A DNA stretch of 64,000 nt from Blepharisma stoltei ATCC 30299 (Eukaryota; Protista; Ciliophora): contig CBFDEM010000038.1 of the NCBI GenBank assembly GCA_965603825.1, forward strand, positions 372,001 through 436,000. The letters run 5' to 3'. The position numbers and the translations under genes are program-made. Every line of letters begins with the position of its first letter. The first letter of the stretch is position 1. Below are positions 25,240 to 36,800 of this stretch, one piece after another. The notes beneath the pieces were generated by a model, which saw nothing but the letters and a program-made list of their open reading frames with translations, was not told the origin of the DNA and did not search any database.

Positions 25240-26379
25240 ATGGTTGACGCCGATGTGATTTGTTTAGATGCAGACTACACATTGATTAAATACAAGTTAG
25301 CTGAATTTTTTGAGCTTCAATATAAATCTTTAGCAAAATGTGTGGTAAAACTTGGATTTTCTGAGTCACTTTTGAATCCTCCTTGACTTGGTGACATGAA
25401 TAAATATTTTTTTAATGGATCTCTTGCAGATCTACAAACTGGGTACATCTTAAAGCTTGCAGAAGACAATACAATTTTAAGAGCTTATTATGGATTAGAT
25501 GAAGTCAGCCAAGAGCAGCTTATAGAAACATATGGAAACCCGCCCACTTATAATCTAGACCACTTAGAACTTGTATTTGAGAAAGAAAAACACTTTATGT
25601 TTATCACACAGTTTTACGCTGGCGGTGCCTTTGTTTTCCTCTCTGGAATTGAGCTGAATAAAAGAGGGTTATTAGAAATAGGGTCTTTTTCGAATTGGGG
25701 TGAAAAAGTTTATATTGCAAGTAATATGAATTATGATCACTCTAATAATGATTTATCAGAGTTTTATCCAGAATTCTTTACAAACCCAGGAAAATACTTA
25801 ATAAGACAAAGTGAAGAGGTCAAAGAAGAGCTGAGAAATTTAAGAAGTTCTGGGAAAAAAATAGTTTTAGTTACAAATTCTTGTCATGAATATTCAGAAA
25901 TAGTTTTTCAATATGAGTATGGAGATGACTGGATGAATTTTTTCGACTTAGTGGTTTCTGACGCAGGGAAACCACAATTCTATTTAAGAGATGAGGAATT
26001 TGAAATATTGGATAAAACTCATATGAAAAGAGGAAATCATAGAGCACTGATGATGCTGATTGGGTGCCAAAATTATATTTTTATAGGAGATCACTATGTA
26101 GGAGATTGTATTGCGCCCAAGTCAATTGCTAGGTGGAATACCGCATTTCTGATGGAGGAAATTTATTATGAAAAAAGGATAGAAGGGGTTGCGTCAGCTT
26201 CTGAAATTGAAGAATCAGAAAGATGCCTGGCAGATAGTGAGACTGTGGACTATTATGAAAAGTGGGGAAGTGCTTTTGTAGATAAAGGTAAGAGAACGTA
26301 TTGATGGGACCATATTCTAAAGCATAGTTCAGTAATTTCATCAAATTTATTAGGATGTCTAAAAGCTATACATAGATAA
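25240..26379 (+). CDS. HAD-family 5'-nucleotidase domain protein (NT5DC1-like)
   Basis: DADYTL (motif I), LVTNS, FDLVVSDAGKPQF and FIGDHYVGD. TGA at 25384 and 26302 read as Trp. Confidence 0.85.
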
Positions 26380-26483
26380 TCATTTATTTTCTCCTAAATT
26401 ATTTTTGATTAAATTTTTCTTGTATATAGTTGTTTTTCATGAATAAAAACTTGAAATTTAATATTTATTAAAGACTTTAGGCT

Positions 26484-27635
26484 ATGATTATGTTTAGATT
26501 TTCACGATTTTTCTCAACTTATCGGCAGCCAAGACCTCATATAGACATAAACTCTTCTTTAAGCATACTTAGAGACCCAAATTCATACACCACAAATACA
26601 AGCTCTGTTATTAGAGCATTGAGCGATTTAGGAAGATCTACACAACTGTATCAAAACAAGAATATTGAATGATCCAGTAAGCCTGAAATAGTTAGCGCTT
26701 CTAAGTCAATTCCAGCAATTATTGATAATCTAGATCTAGAGTCATCCGTAGCTTTAATCAAATGCTGTGGACAATTAGGGATGGACAATAATGATTTATG
26801 AAATGCAATCGAAAGGAAAATTATTTTAAAGCATTATAAAACCATAAAATCCAGCGAAGCTAGTGAAATCGTTACAGCTCTACAAAAACTGAGAAAAGGA
26901 TCCGCAAGAGTCTGAAATTGCTTGGAAAGCACAATAATTACAAAATTCTGTGAGAAAAACGAAATTACAGCCAAAGAAGCAACTGATATTTTGGTAGCTT
27001 ATAGAAAATCAGAGCATGGCAGTGAACAGCTTGTACAATCTTTAGAGCAACAACTTATAAGAAATGCAAGCCAAATCAACTCTTACGATATATGAAAAAT
27101 TATGCTGGTTTATGGGCAGCTAAACTTAGGCAGTGACGAATTTTATGCCAGATTGGAAACCCAAATCAAAGCGATTTGTTCTACTTTTAACACTTTAGGA
27201 GCTGTAATAACCCTTGATACCTACATAAGGCAAGCCAAAGGCTCCCAGGAACTCTACCAATCCCTTGAAAATGAAATTTCTCATAGGCTTAAAGCTGAAT
27301 TAAACTTAGAAAATATTTCGAGCTTAATGTACACTTATGCCATGAATTTCACAAAAGAATCTCAAAATATTGAAAATAGAAAAAATTTTATAAAGGATTT
27401 GGAGACTATTTTATGTGAAAGATATAGCTCAATTGCCCATGAAAAGGCAAGAGAAAGGGATTATAACATTGGGAAATGCGCATGGGCTATCTCCAAGCTT
27501 GATATGCCTACTGATTTGAGGCTTTGGAATATAATTTTCAAAGAAATGAAAGAAAAAGGCTGGGAAAGCAATGAAAAATTTATATTTTTTATGCGTGAAA
27601 TTAAGCCTTATTTAAAAAGAAATAGTTTAATTTAG
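26484..27635 (+). CDS. Putative mitochondrial helical-repeat RNA-binding protein (HPR/FASTK-like)
   Basis: Presequence-like MFRFSRFFSTY and ~37-aa repeats of GSxx(L/F)(W/Y)xxLExxI. Several TGA=Trp; ends at TAG. Confidence 0.6.
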
Positions 27636-27642
27636 TTATAAA

Positions 27643-28602
27643 ATGTCTGAAATTTTAATCGTAGTTGGCACTTATACAGGTGGGTTAATAGGGCTTCAAG
27701 GTCCTGTAAATCATCCAAAAACGATTTTCGCATTTAGCGCTACCACTGTATTTTTTAAGTAGAATTGTATAAAGTCCTTGAATATTCAAGGTGAATTTTT
27801 ATTCGCTGGTGGATATGATGAAATGATAAGAATTTTCCATCTAAATGAACGAAAAGAATTAGGAGCAGTCTTAGAAAATTCTGGCTCAGTCAACTCAATC
27901 GCTTCTTGTAAAAGTCATTTTTTGACTGGCAATGATCAAGGTAAAGTCTGTATTTGGAGGATGAAAGACTTTACTATGCTTCACTCATTAAAAGGGCACA
28001 GATCATCTGTAAATGGTCTTTCCCTACACCCAAGTTCTCGCATGGCTTTATCTGTGGGAAAAGATAATAGGCTTTACTTATGAAACCTTATTAAGGCTAG
28101 AATTTCTTTTCGGCAAAGATATTATTTCCCATTAGAAGAAGTCCACTGATCTCCATGCGGATATTTTTTCGCTATTAGAAGTTACAGAAATGTTTATTAT
28201 TTCAACTCAGAAACCAATATAAAAGAAGACTATATTACCCTTACACACACAAGCCAACTAAACACATGTGGATTTTTAGGAAAATCTGATTTAATAGCTG
28301 CAGGGGACAATAATGGTGAAATTGTGATATGAAAAATCAATGGAGGAAGCTTGTCATTTAAAGCCCACAGTATCAGGATCACTAAGCTCCAATACACAGA
28401 AATCGAGACTTCCAATGGCAAACGTGGAGTTCTAATCTCCTTAACTACCCAAGGCGAAGTCTCCATCTGAAACGTGACCCCAATCCAAGACGCAATCGAA
28501 AGCCTAACCCCAGGCCAAAACATGAAAGTTGACAACAATGAAGACTTATTAATCACGTCTATAAACCTGAACTGTAGATGTTCTTCATTGGCAGTAAAAT
28601 AA
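27643..28602 (+). CDS. MAK11: WD40 60S biogenesis factor PAK1IP1/Mak11; one 15-nt intron
   Basis: IVVGTY N-terminus, GGYDEMIRIF and LKGH...LSLHPSSRMALSVGKDNRLYL-W-NLIK. WD Trp residues are encoded by TGA. Confidence 0.87.
27748..27762 (+). other. 15-nt intron GTATTTTTTAAGTAG
   Basis: Carries an in-frame TAG inside a conserved gene; GT..AG boundaries with A at position 10. Confidence 0.88.
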
Positions 28603-28622
28603 AAATTCTTATTAAATTTAAA

Positions 28623-29537
28623 ATGAGCATTGATTTGTTACCAAATGAAGAAAAGCGCTTACATTCAATATTAGATAGAGGAATTGAAGCCATGAGGAAT
28701 AGTGCAGAGTTCAGCAATTCACAGATTAGTAATAGTAAAAGCCAGTCAAGGCTAGATAACTCGTTTAAAGGGAGTGGGAATAATTTACAGGATTCTAGTA
28801 AAGGTTCAAACATAAATAATGAGCTTTTAGCTTTACAAGAAAAATTTGCCCAGCTTGAAGCGAAGCTGGCAAGAAGATCACCGTCGCCTATAGAACATAT
28901 AAAAACAGCGAATGCTGTATTGTTGCCTTCAAAATCCTCTCTTAAATCTTCAAGAAAATCCCCGAAACGATCATTAACTCATTATTCCTCAAATTCGCCA
29001 AATTTATCGAGAAATTCTTCTAAAAAATCACCATTGAGGTCAAAAAAAAATTCAAGAAAATCGTCTACAAGCTCACTGAGAAGGTCAAATTCTAATAGCA
29101 AAGTATACCAAAGCATTGAGAACTCTGAAAGAGAAATTAATAAATTAGAAAGAAGCTTAACTCCACAATCAAGGTCACAGACTATTAATATTAATAGACA
29201 AATTGATAAAATTAGACAGCAGCTGGAAGAGGAAAGGAAAATTGGAGAAAAGCTTGTAAGGGAAAATGAAAATTTAAAAAAAGATTTGGGGAAAAGAGAC
29301 GAATTGAGGAAAAAAATAGCAAAACTGCAAGATGATTATAATGAGCTTGCGATTTCATTCGAAAGAAGCGAAGCAGTTAGGAAAAAACAGAAAGAGCTTA
29401 TAGAAAAACTAAAAAGCGAACTAAGAGTTTTACAAGGAGAGCCAGAAAACAGAGAATTGCCTAGAAACGCTGAACAATACATAAGGCCTCCTACTGCAAA
29501 AATTCGAAAAAAGGCAGGTAAAAAAGGTAAAAACTAA
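28623..29537 (+). CDS. Coiled-coil protein with Ser/Lys/Arg-rich linker
   Basis: Long ORF with a C-terminal coiled coil (LAISFERSEAVRKKQKELIEKLK). Confidence 0.7.
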   Translation: MSIDLLPNEEKRLHSILDRGIEAMRNSAEFSNSQISNSKSQSRLDNSFKGSGNNLQDSSKGSNINNELLALQEKFAQLEAKLARRSPSPIEHIKTANAVLLPSKSSLKSSRKSPKRSLTHYSSNSPNLSRNSSKKSPLRSKKNSRKSSTSSLRRSNSNSKVYQSIENSEREINKLERSLTPQSRSQTININRQIDKIRQQLEEERKIGEKLVRENENLKKDLGKRDELRKKIAKLQDDYNELAISFERSEAVRKKQKELIEKLKSELRVLQGEPENRELPRNAEQYIRPPTAKIRKKAGKKGKN

Positions 29538-29590
29538 ATATTAATAAATCATGATATTTCCGATTTATTTAATAATTTGCTTCATAAAAA

Positions 29591-30643
29591 ATGGACTCAG
29601 ATAGCTCCTTATGAAAATCCCAAGCTGACGATCTCCATTCTAAATTAGAGAACCTAGAGCAGCTTTTAACAAAATTTGAAATAGAATCCTCAATTGACGA
29701 GTTCCCTACAAATGATTTTATTGATAGGAATTTACTCAATCAATTTAGCAAGCATAGAAAACGCAGCAGCGTTGACAGTGTCAGTGCTTTATTGCAAAGT
29801 GACCCTGGGTTAAATATAAATTTAAAAGATATTGCAGCAGATGCCAGAAAGAAAGCAGCGATTCAGCCTATTCAAGAAGTGGATTCAAGAACACCTCCGT
29901 TACAGGTAGAAGAAGTAATTGCAAATAATCTTATAGAAACTGAAAAAACGAGATCAGAAAGAGGCAGAGTGGAAAATAATGAGTATGAAAAAGTACTAAT
30001 GGAAGAATACAAGAAATGCGAGGCCAAACTTATGATAAAAAACGAAAAAATCGCCTTACTCAACAAAGAAAACGAACTAAAAATTAATGAAAACATTGAT
30101 CTTAAACTTAAAAACAAAGAACTCCACACAAAACTTGAAGAAAAAGACCAAAAAATCAAGAAACTTGAAGAAATTATTTCTTTAAATTCCAAAGAGCTTA
30201 AAACTTCAAATGAAGAACTAATAAAATCTTTTGAATCAGAAATTGACATGAAAACCATAGAAATTGAAACTTTAAAACAAAAAATTTCTTCCCTTGTCAG
30301 TAGTTCTTCAATCACCCAAAAAGACTGACAGAATGAGATTGACATGCTCAGAAATAAAAATAAAAAATTATTAATAAAAAACACAAAACTACAAGAAGAA
30401 ATTGAATTTTTAAAGAAAAATGAATTAGTCACAAATAAGCATAAAGCTGCAGTAGAGATAGCGAAAAAGATGAATAAAAGGTATAAAGCTAAAAATCTTG
30501 AAAATTTAAGCCGAGAAGATTTAATTGTGCTATATTTAGATTCAGAAGAAAGGCTTAGGCTGCGAGAACAAGAAATAGCGGAGTATAAGCAGCTGATTGA
30601 CGGTGATAGATTGTCTGAAGAGCAAGATGAGGACTATTCTTAA
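29591..30643 (+). CDS. Coiled-coil protein (~350 aa)
   Basis: Single frame from ATG 29591 to TAA 30643 with two TGA=Trp; E/K-rich heptads. Confidence 0.65.
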
Positions 30644-30674
30644 TTGTAATTAACATTATTATAATATTATTAAG

Positions 30675-32072
30675 ATGGGACTTTGTCTGTCACATTCTAT
30701 TTCAGTTCCTGAAGATCCTGTATACCCAAGCAACCATACTATTAAAATCCAGGAAAAAGACCAAAATGGGCGTATAAACCGTTTGACACCAATTAATTTT
30801 ACGATCCCAGGCCCAATTTCAAATAAAACACTTCAAGCCGAAATCAATCATTTTAGTTATTTTATTTCAGCTTCAATTCTTCCAGGTTTTGACCCTCGCG
30901 GAATGATGAATAATTCTTGTATGGATAATTTATTTCTTATAACAGAAAACGATTCAGTTTTTGCAGGGCTTTTTGACGGCCATGGACGAGATGGACTAAA
31001 AATTGTGGAATTTTCATCAAAATTTATGCAGGACTTTTTTAGGAAAAATTCTGCCTTTATTAAAGAAAACCCAAAGGAAATGATAGAAAATATGTTTCAT
31101 CAGTGTGACGAAGCTGTTCAAAATTCAAGTGATTTGGATTGTGCCACATCAGGAACGACCGCAACAATTATATATTTGAATGAAAATGGCCTTTACTCAG
31201 CCAGCGTCGGAAACTCCAGAGCAGTTTTAGCAAGTTTTCCTAAAGAAAATGAAGAAGTGCAGCAGGGCATAAAAAACAATAAAAATAAATATAAAAGAAC
31301 AATAGAACCTTCAAGGGTGCTGAAAGAAATGGCAATTACGGTAGATCAAAAACCGAATCACCAAGAAGAATATGAAAGAATTATTCAAGCTGGAGGAAAA
31401 ATACAGCAACTTGCAGATAGTCAAGGAAAAACATCAGGGCCATACAGAATTTGGAAAAAATTTGGAAATTTGCCAGGATTAACTATTTCGAGGTCAATTG
31501 GGGATTCTATAGCGAAAGAAATTGGCGTGATCTCTACCCCGATTTCGCAATTTTTTGAAATATTCCCTGACCAAGATCAGTTTATCATTGTAGGGTCTGA
31601 TGGAATTTGGGAAGCACTTAGTAATATAGAAGCTGTGAATTTTGTTGAAAAATTCAGGAAAAAATGTTTAAGAAATCCACCTGTAATTAAAGAATACCCA
31701 ACAAGGGTAAATTTTATATAGAAAAACAACTCTACAATAGCACAATTAGTAGGAGAAGAAGCAAGATACAGATGATTTGACATATGCGAACAAGATGATG
31801 TCGTAATTGACGATATTTCTGTCATTATCATAGAAATCAGCACAACTTCTCCAGTTACACAAATTTCTGTAAATAATTCTGAAAGAAAAACAATAAAATT
31901 CAAGTCATTTGCGTATGAAAATGACCCTAATTGGAACCCTTCAGCTGTTAACCAAAAACTCGTAAAAGGGACAACTGTCATGTCATCCGAAGACCCCTTA
32001 GGTGTAGAATCCATACTAAACGAAGTTGTAAAAGAGGAAGAAGAAGGAAAAGAAGAAGAAAAAGACGAATAA
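30675..32072 (+). CDS. Protein phosphatase 2C family protein with N-terminal acylation motif; one 15-nt intron
   Basis: MGLC start, FDGHG, SGTTA, DQKP, PGLTISRSIGD and GSDGIWE. After the intron: ARYR-W...VIDDISVIII, the terminal PP2C Asp motif. Confidence 0.88.
31707..31721 (+). other. 15-nt intron GTAAATTTTATATAG
   Basis: Contains an in-frame TAG; removal restores the last PP2C motif. Confidence 0.9.
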
Positions 32073-32094
32073 TATTAAGGCAAAACTATTCAAA

Positions 32095-33711
32095 TTAATA
32101 ATAGTTAGATCTTCTTGGACTTCTACTTCTAGGTGGGCCATAATTCCTGCTTTGGTATCCCCATCTGTTATATCTGTTGTAATTCTGTGCTGGTCTTTGG
32201 CTTCTGTACATATCATAAAGCCTGTCAGGGATATCTTGTTTGGACTCCCTCAATAGCTTAATTAAATCTCCAGCCATTCTGGCATTTTGTTGGGTGAAAA
32301 ATGAAATTGCTGTCCCTTTGGCTCCGGCTCTGGCAGTCCTTCCAATTCTGTGAACGTAGTCTTCGACTTGTCCTGGGAAATCATAATTTATGACGTGGTT
32401 TACGTCTTTGATATCAAGACCTCTGGCTGCTACGTCGGTAGCTACCATAATGTTTATTCTGTTATTTCTAAAATCTCTCAAAACCTGGTCTCTGTCTCGC
32501 TGAGTTTTGTCTCCATGAATCGCGTCTGCTGGGAAATTTTCTTTTTTAAGCTCATAGCAAAGGACATCGCATCCTTTTTTGGTTTCACAAAAGACAATAG
32601 TTTTTGATCCTGGTCTAGCAATATCATGCAAAATATTTATCACTTTTGTAAGCTTATGCGGTTCTTCCACAATTTCAATAATTTGTCTTATATCTTGATT
32701 CGCTGACAGGTTAAGTGACCCAATTTGCAGATGCACAGGGTTTACCAAAAAATCCCTTGCAAGCGCTTGTACTTCTTTTGGCCAAGTTGCACTAAACATG
32801 ACAGTTTGTCGGTCAGGTCTTACTTGTTCAATGATTTTTCTTATCTGAGGCTCAAATCCCATATCGAGCATCCTATCAGCTTCATCTAAAACTAAATAAG
32901 TGACCCTTCTGAGGTTTGTGGCTTCGTTTTCTAAAAAATCAATTAGTCTCCCTGGTGTTGCAATGACAACGTGGACTCCTCTTTGAAGTTCCATTTGTTG
33001 ACGAGATCTAGGAGCTCCACCGTATACACAAGCATTGCTGATTCTGCAAGGCCTTCCAAATCGTGTACATTCTTGTGATGTCTGCATCGCAAGCTCTCTA
33101 GTAGGGGATAATACCAAGGCTACTGGGCCATCTCGCGGCTTGAGCTGAGGTTGGTCTAAAATGTGGATTATTGCTGGAAGGATAAAAGCAAGGGTTTTTC
33201 CAGAGCCAGTTTTGGCGATACCGATCAAATCTCGACCACTCAATACAATTGGCCAGCTCTGGCTTTGAATATGTGTAGGGGAAGTGAATCCAGTATTTCT
33301 TAGCATATTTTGGATATAATCAGGGAAATTTGCTTCTTCAAACGAGACTACTGGTCTCGGGATATCAGTGCCATTAATAGTCATTTGAAGATCATCCCTA
33401 ATTTTTGTAATTTCTGCTTCACTTTTTGCCGAAACATCAGGACGCTCAGTGTAGAAGTCTTTTCTGAATGGAGGAAGTTCCCTCACATTCCAAGTGACTG
33501 GCTCAAGCTTACTGCCAAGTTCACTAGGCTTATCGTTGTGAGTTTTGTGGGGTCGGGAATCGTTAGAATAGGATCGGGAATAATTATCACGAGACTTCCA
33601 CATATTGTTTTGCCCTGAAGTGGAAGGAGGCCACTGGCTTCCTTGTCTTCGAGGATATTGGGAATAATTTCTTAGTCCGTGCTCACGACCATAGGAATCT
33701 GGCTCTCCCAT
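32095..33711 (-). CDS. DBP2: DEAD-box RNA helicase DDX5/DBP2
   Basis: PFRKDFY, AKTGSGKT, PTRELA, TPGRLID, DEAD, SAT, ARGLD and HRIGRTAR; TNLRRVTYLVLDEADRMLDMGFEPQIRKI is typical of p68. Confidence 0.95.
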   Translation of the reverse strand: MGEPDSYGREHGLRNYSQYPRRQGSQWPPSTSGQNNMWKSRDNYSRSYSNDSRPHKTHNDKPSELGSKLEPVTWNVRELPPFRKDFYTERPDVSAKSEAEITKIRDDLQMTINGTDIPRPVVSFEEANFPDYIQNMLRNTGFTSPTHIQSQSWPIVLSGRDLIGIAKTGSGKTLAFILPAIIHILDQPQLKPRDGPVALVLSPTRELAMQTSQECTRFGRPCRISNACVYGGAPRSRQQMELQRGVHVVIATPGRLIDFLENEATNLRRVTYLVLDEADRMLDMGFEPQIRKIIEQVRPDRQTVMFSATWPKEVQALARDFLVNPVHLQIGSLNLSANQDIRQIIEIVEEPHKLTKVINILHDIARPGSKTIVFCETKKGCDVLCYELKKENFPADAIHGDKTQRDRDQVLRDFRNNRINIMVATDVAARGLDIKDVNHVINYDFPGQVEDYVHRIGRTARAGAKGTAISFFTQQNARMAGDLIKLLRESKQDIPDRLYDMYRSQRPAQNYNRYNRWGYQSRNYGPPRSRSPRRSNYY

Positions 33712-33885
33712 CTTCTTTTTTATATAAAATTAAATAGCTTTTCGTAAGATATTAAGACTTATACCATAAATGGATTTGAAATAAAGAAAATCCAGATAAA
33801 CTCCCCCAGCCAACCAAAGTTTAATTAAAAGACCGAAATCAAAAATATCAATTCTCGTTTTATTTAGCTGGAAAATTATTTTTAG

Positions 33886-36800
33886 CTATTTAATTATTTC
33901 TCTCTCATCAATTCTAATATTCGGAATTATCGATGTCAAAACCTGCAGCTTCCTCAGGGTTTTCTTTTCGGCTCTTATAAACGGCATATAAAAGAACATA
34001 AAAAGAAGCACCAAAGCTATTATGAAAATAATGGTTTCATAAATCAGCCAATTCAATTGGTCGCTAATAATATCTTTAGAATCTTGATCAATAGTATCAA
34101 AGTCTACTCCCAAAGAATACTGCAAAGCTGATACATTCCCCATAAATGCTGCATACTCAGGGATAGGCCTAAACCCAGTAACTGCTGCTATATTAATTGA
34201 GTCTAAAAATAGCAAGTTTGACGCAGCAAAAGTCCCTTGCTGGATATAAAAATCAGTGGTGTCCCAAATTTCAAAAATCCTGACTTTCATTTCATGGGAC
34301 ATTAAATCTAAAAATTCCTTTTTTCTTAATTCAAAATTCATTGCTTTAAATTCTGTGCTGCTCAAATTATATTCAATTCTTGAGTTTTTAAATCCATAAG
34401 AGTTTGGAAATCAAATTATGTTGCTTGGCGATGTACAATCTCTAGCAAAAACACTCATACGGGATAATTGTGCTCGTTTAACGACGAGATTTTGAAGAAG
34501 CCGAGGTCTACTATGTAAAAAATTTTCACATTGGTCGTAAAAATAAAATTTTGAAAGAGTAAAATACATGGTAGTAAGTATCACAAAAACAAACAACCTT
34601 CAAATATATTTCACGTATACCCCTGAAGTAATTCTTTCTTTGCTTTTAGCAATTTTTGCTTGTGTTGTATAAGTTTTGACTTCATACTCAAGTCCATGCA
34701 CAGAAGAAAGTCTTTGAATGCAAGCTCTTTTAGTCTCAAGGAATGCAAGATGAGTGATTTTCCTAATAAAATTCCAGAAATCGTCATACTTTTTGTTAAT
34801 CCACAAGGCACAGCCTATTAATATAAAAAAGAAAAACCCAAGAAAGCTGACACCTACATATAGCCATAAAGAGACGCTTAAGCCGATTTCTTCTACTCTA
34901 TTGACTTCACAGTCTGTCAAGCTCTGTAGTGCAATATTTATATACTCAAAAGAAAATCCTAGGCTGTTTAAGACAAAAAACTTAACATCGTCCAAATCAT
35001 AAGAATTGTCTGATAGTAAAGTTATCAACTCTTCACCCTGAATAAAAATTACATGAGATATATACAGTTCAACTTCATCATATATATTATACTTTGTCAT
35101 GTGAGGACTTGGCTCGAATGATCAGACTGGAATTATTTGATTGAGCACCAGTTTTGAGCCATCACAATAATTTCAATCACTGTAATCATCTAGTAAAGCA
35201 TTTTTCAAAGATTTTATATGACTTATTGAGTCAGTGAACAGTTCGAGATCTTTAGTCAAATTATAAAAGCCATACCTAACATCATTATCTAAAGACCTTG
35301 CTAAATCTGCTGAAGATGCTAAATAAAACATAAGCTTCCCGAAGTCAGCAAAAACACTTAGAGAAATCGTATGAATGGTTTCTTGATAAATATAAGCTAA
35401 AATCGCTATACTTGTACTGATAGTTGCTAATGTCTATGTTATTCTTACACATAGAAATAATACTCACTGAAAAATTTTGATATGCTTTATCATTTTTTCA
35501 ATATATTTGTTTGCGATTCCTAACTAAAGGTTACGAGTAGAAGAATTAGAAATACTCCCTTGCATATTGGAAAGTGATTTTTCTTCAGTTCCTTCACTTT
35601 CTCTTAAGTTCTCAGAAAAAGTCTCATCAGCAGCTCCATTAGTTCCTGTTTCTTTATCTTCATCTACTGATTTAAACGACAAAATTGATTTCTTAAACTT
35701 CACACTATGAGAATTATCTTGATAATCTGATGTATCCTGACGCGTTTTTTCTTCCTCAAAATGATTTAACACATTTTTTTGAAAAAATTCAATTTGATCA
35801 GTTTCTTGGCCATCTTTTCACAATTTTATTTCATCTTCATCAATAACCATAATAATTGTATGAATTACTGCTAGTCTCAGTTTTTTAATAGCATGCACCA
35901 GTGCAATTTCTTTACCTTTATTATTTATAACTAATGGCTCAAAAAGCTTCATTTTTGATATATTTAAATCAGGTACAAATTCCTTTATATGGTAATTACG
36001 GATATTATGAAAATTTGCACCTATATAATGAGGGAAAAGTTCTGAATAGTTATAAATAATTCCTTTTTCAGATATTAAGGCAAGCTGTCTATTTGTAGTT
36101 CTGGGGGTTAAGGAAACTAAAAAATAAGCATTGTTATGGAAAGCTGTCAATTTTATAAGAAATCTGCATTCTATAAGGTAGCCTAAGGTATTTTGTAAGA
36201 AAAATCCTCCTCTCTGAAGGATTTCTTCTTTTTTATAATTATTGTAAAAATCTTTCATATGGTCATCGTGGTTGTAAGAATAAGGGTCTGGTATATAATA
36301 ACTAAAATGGCTGCCAATAAAATCAGAAATTGAGCCTTTTAGAAGTTGAGCAGCCTTTTCATTTATATAAGTGATGATCCCAAAAGTATCTTCATTAGCT
36401 GAAATTAGAATAATCCCAGCATTGTCTTCATATAGGCTTAAATTTTTATCATCATTCCCATTAAAATATAATTGCTGGCTTATTCTGGTCTTTAGACGAT
36501 TTATTATATTAGCTTGCTCTTCATCCCCAAGGACATTTTCAAGGAATGAGCTATAAAGATCAAAAAGCTCTAAATGCTTGTGCTTTGATACTAATTTTGC
36601 ATAAAATTCTTTTAGACTAGTCAAAAGATCAGAACTTTTGACAACAAGATGGTAAATTTTTTTATACTGTGGGATTTTTGCTGAAAATTCAGACCATAAA
36701 TCAATAAGTGTGCAGCAAATTTCTTCATCTTGCTGCTTTACTTTATCAATATCGGCCAGATATTCTAAATAATGAATATCAGTCAAAGAATCCCCTTTTT

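Noticed and set aside
29872-30432. Antisense ORFs rich in S/F/I/L (also 24877-25137, 12970-13170, 31577-32014 and similar)
   Set aside because: They are shadows of E/K-rich coding sequence on the opposite strand.
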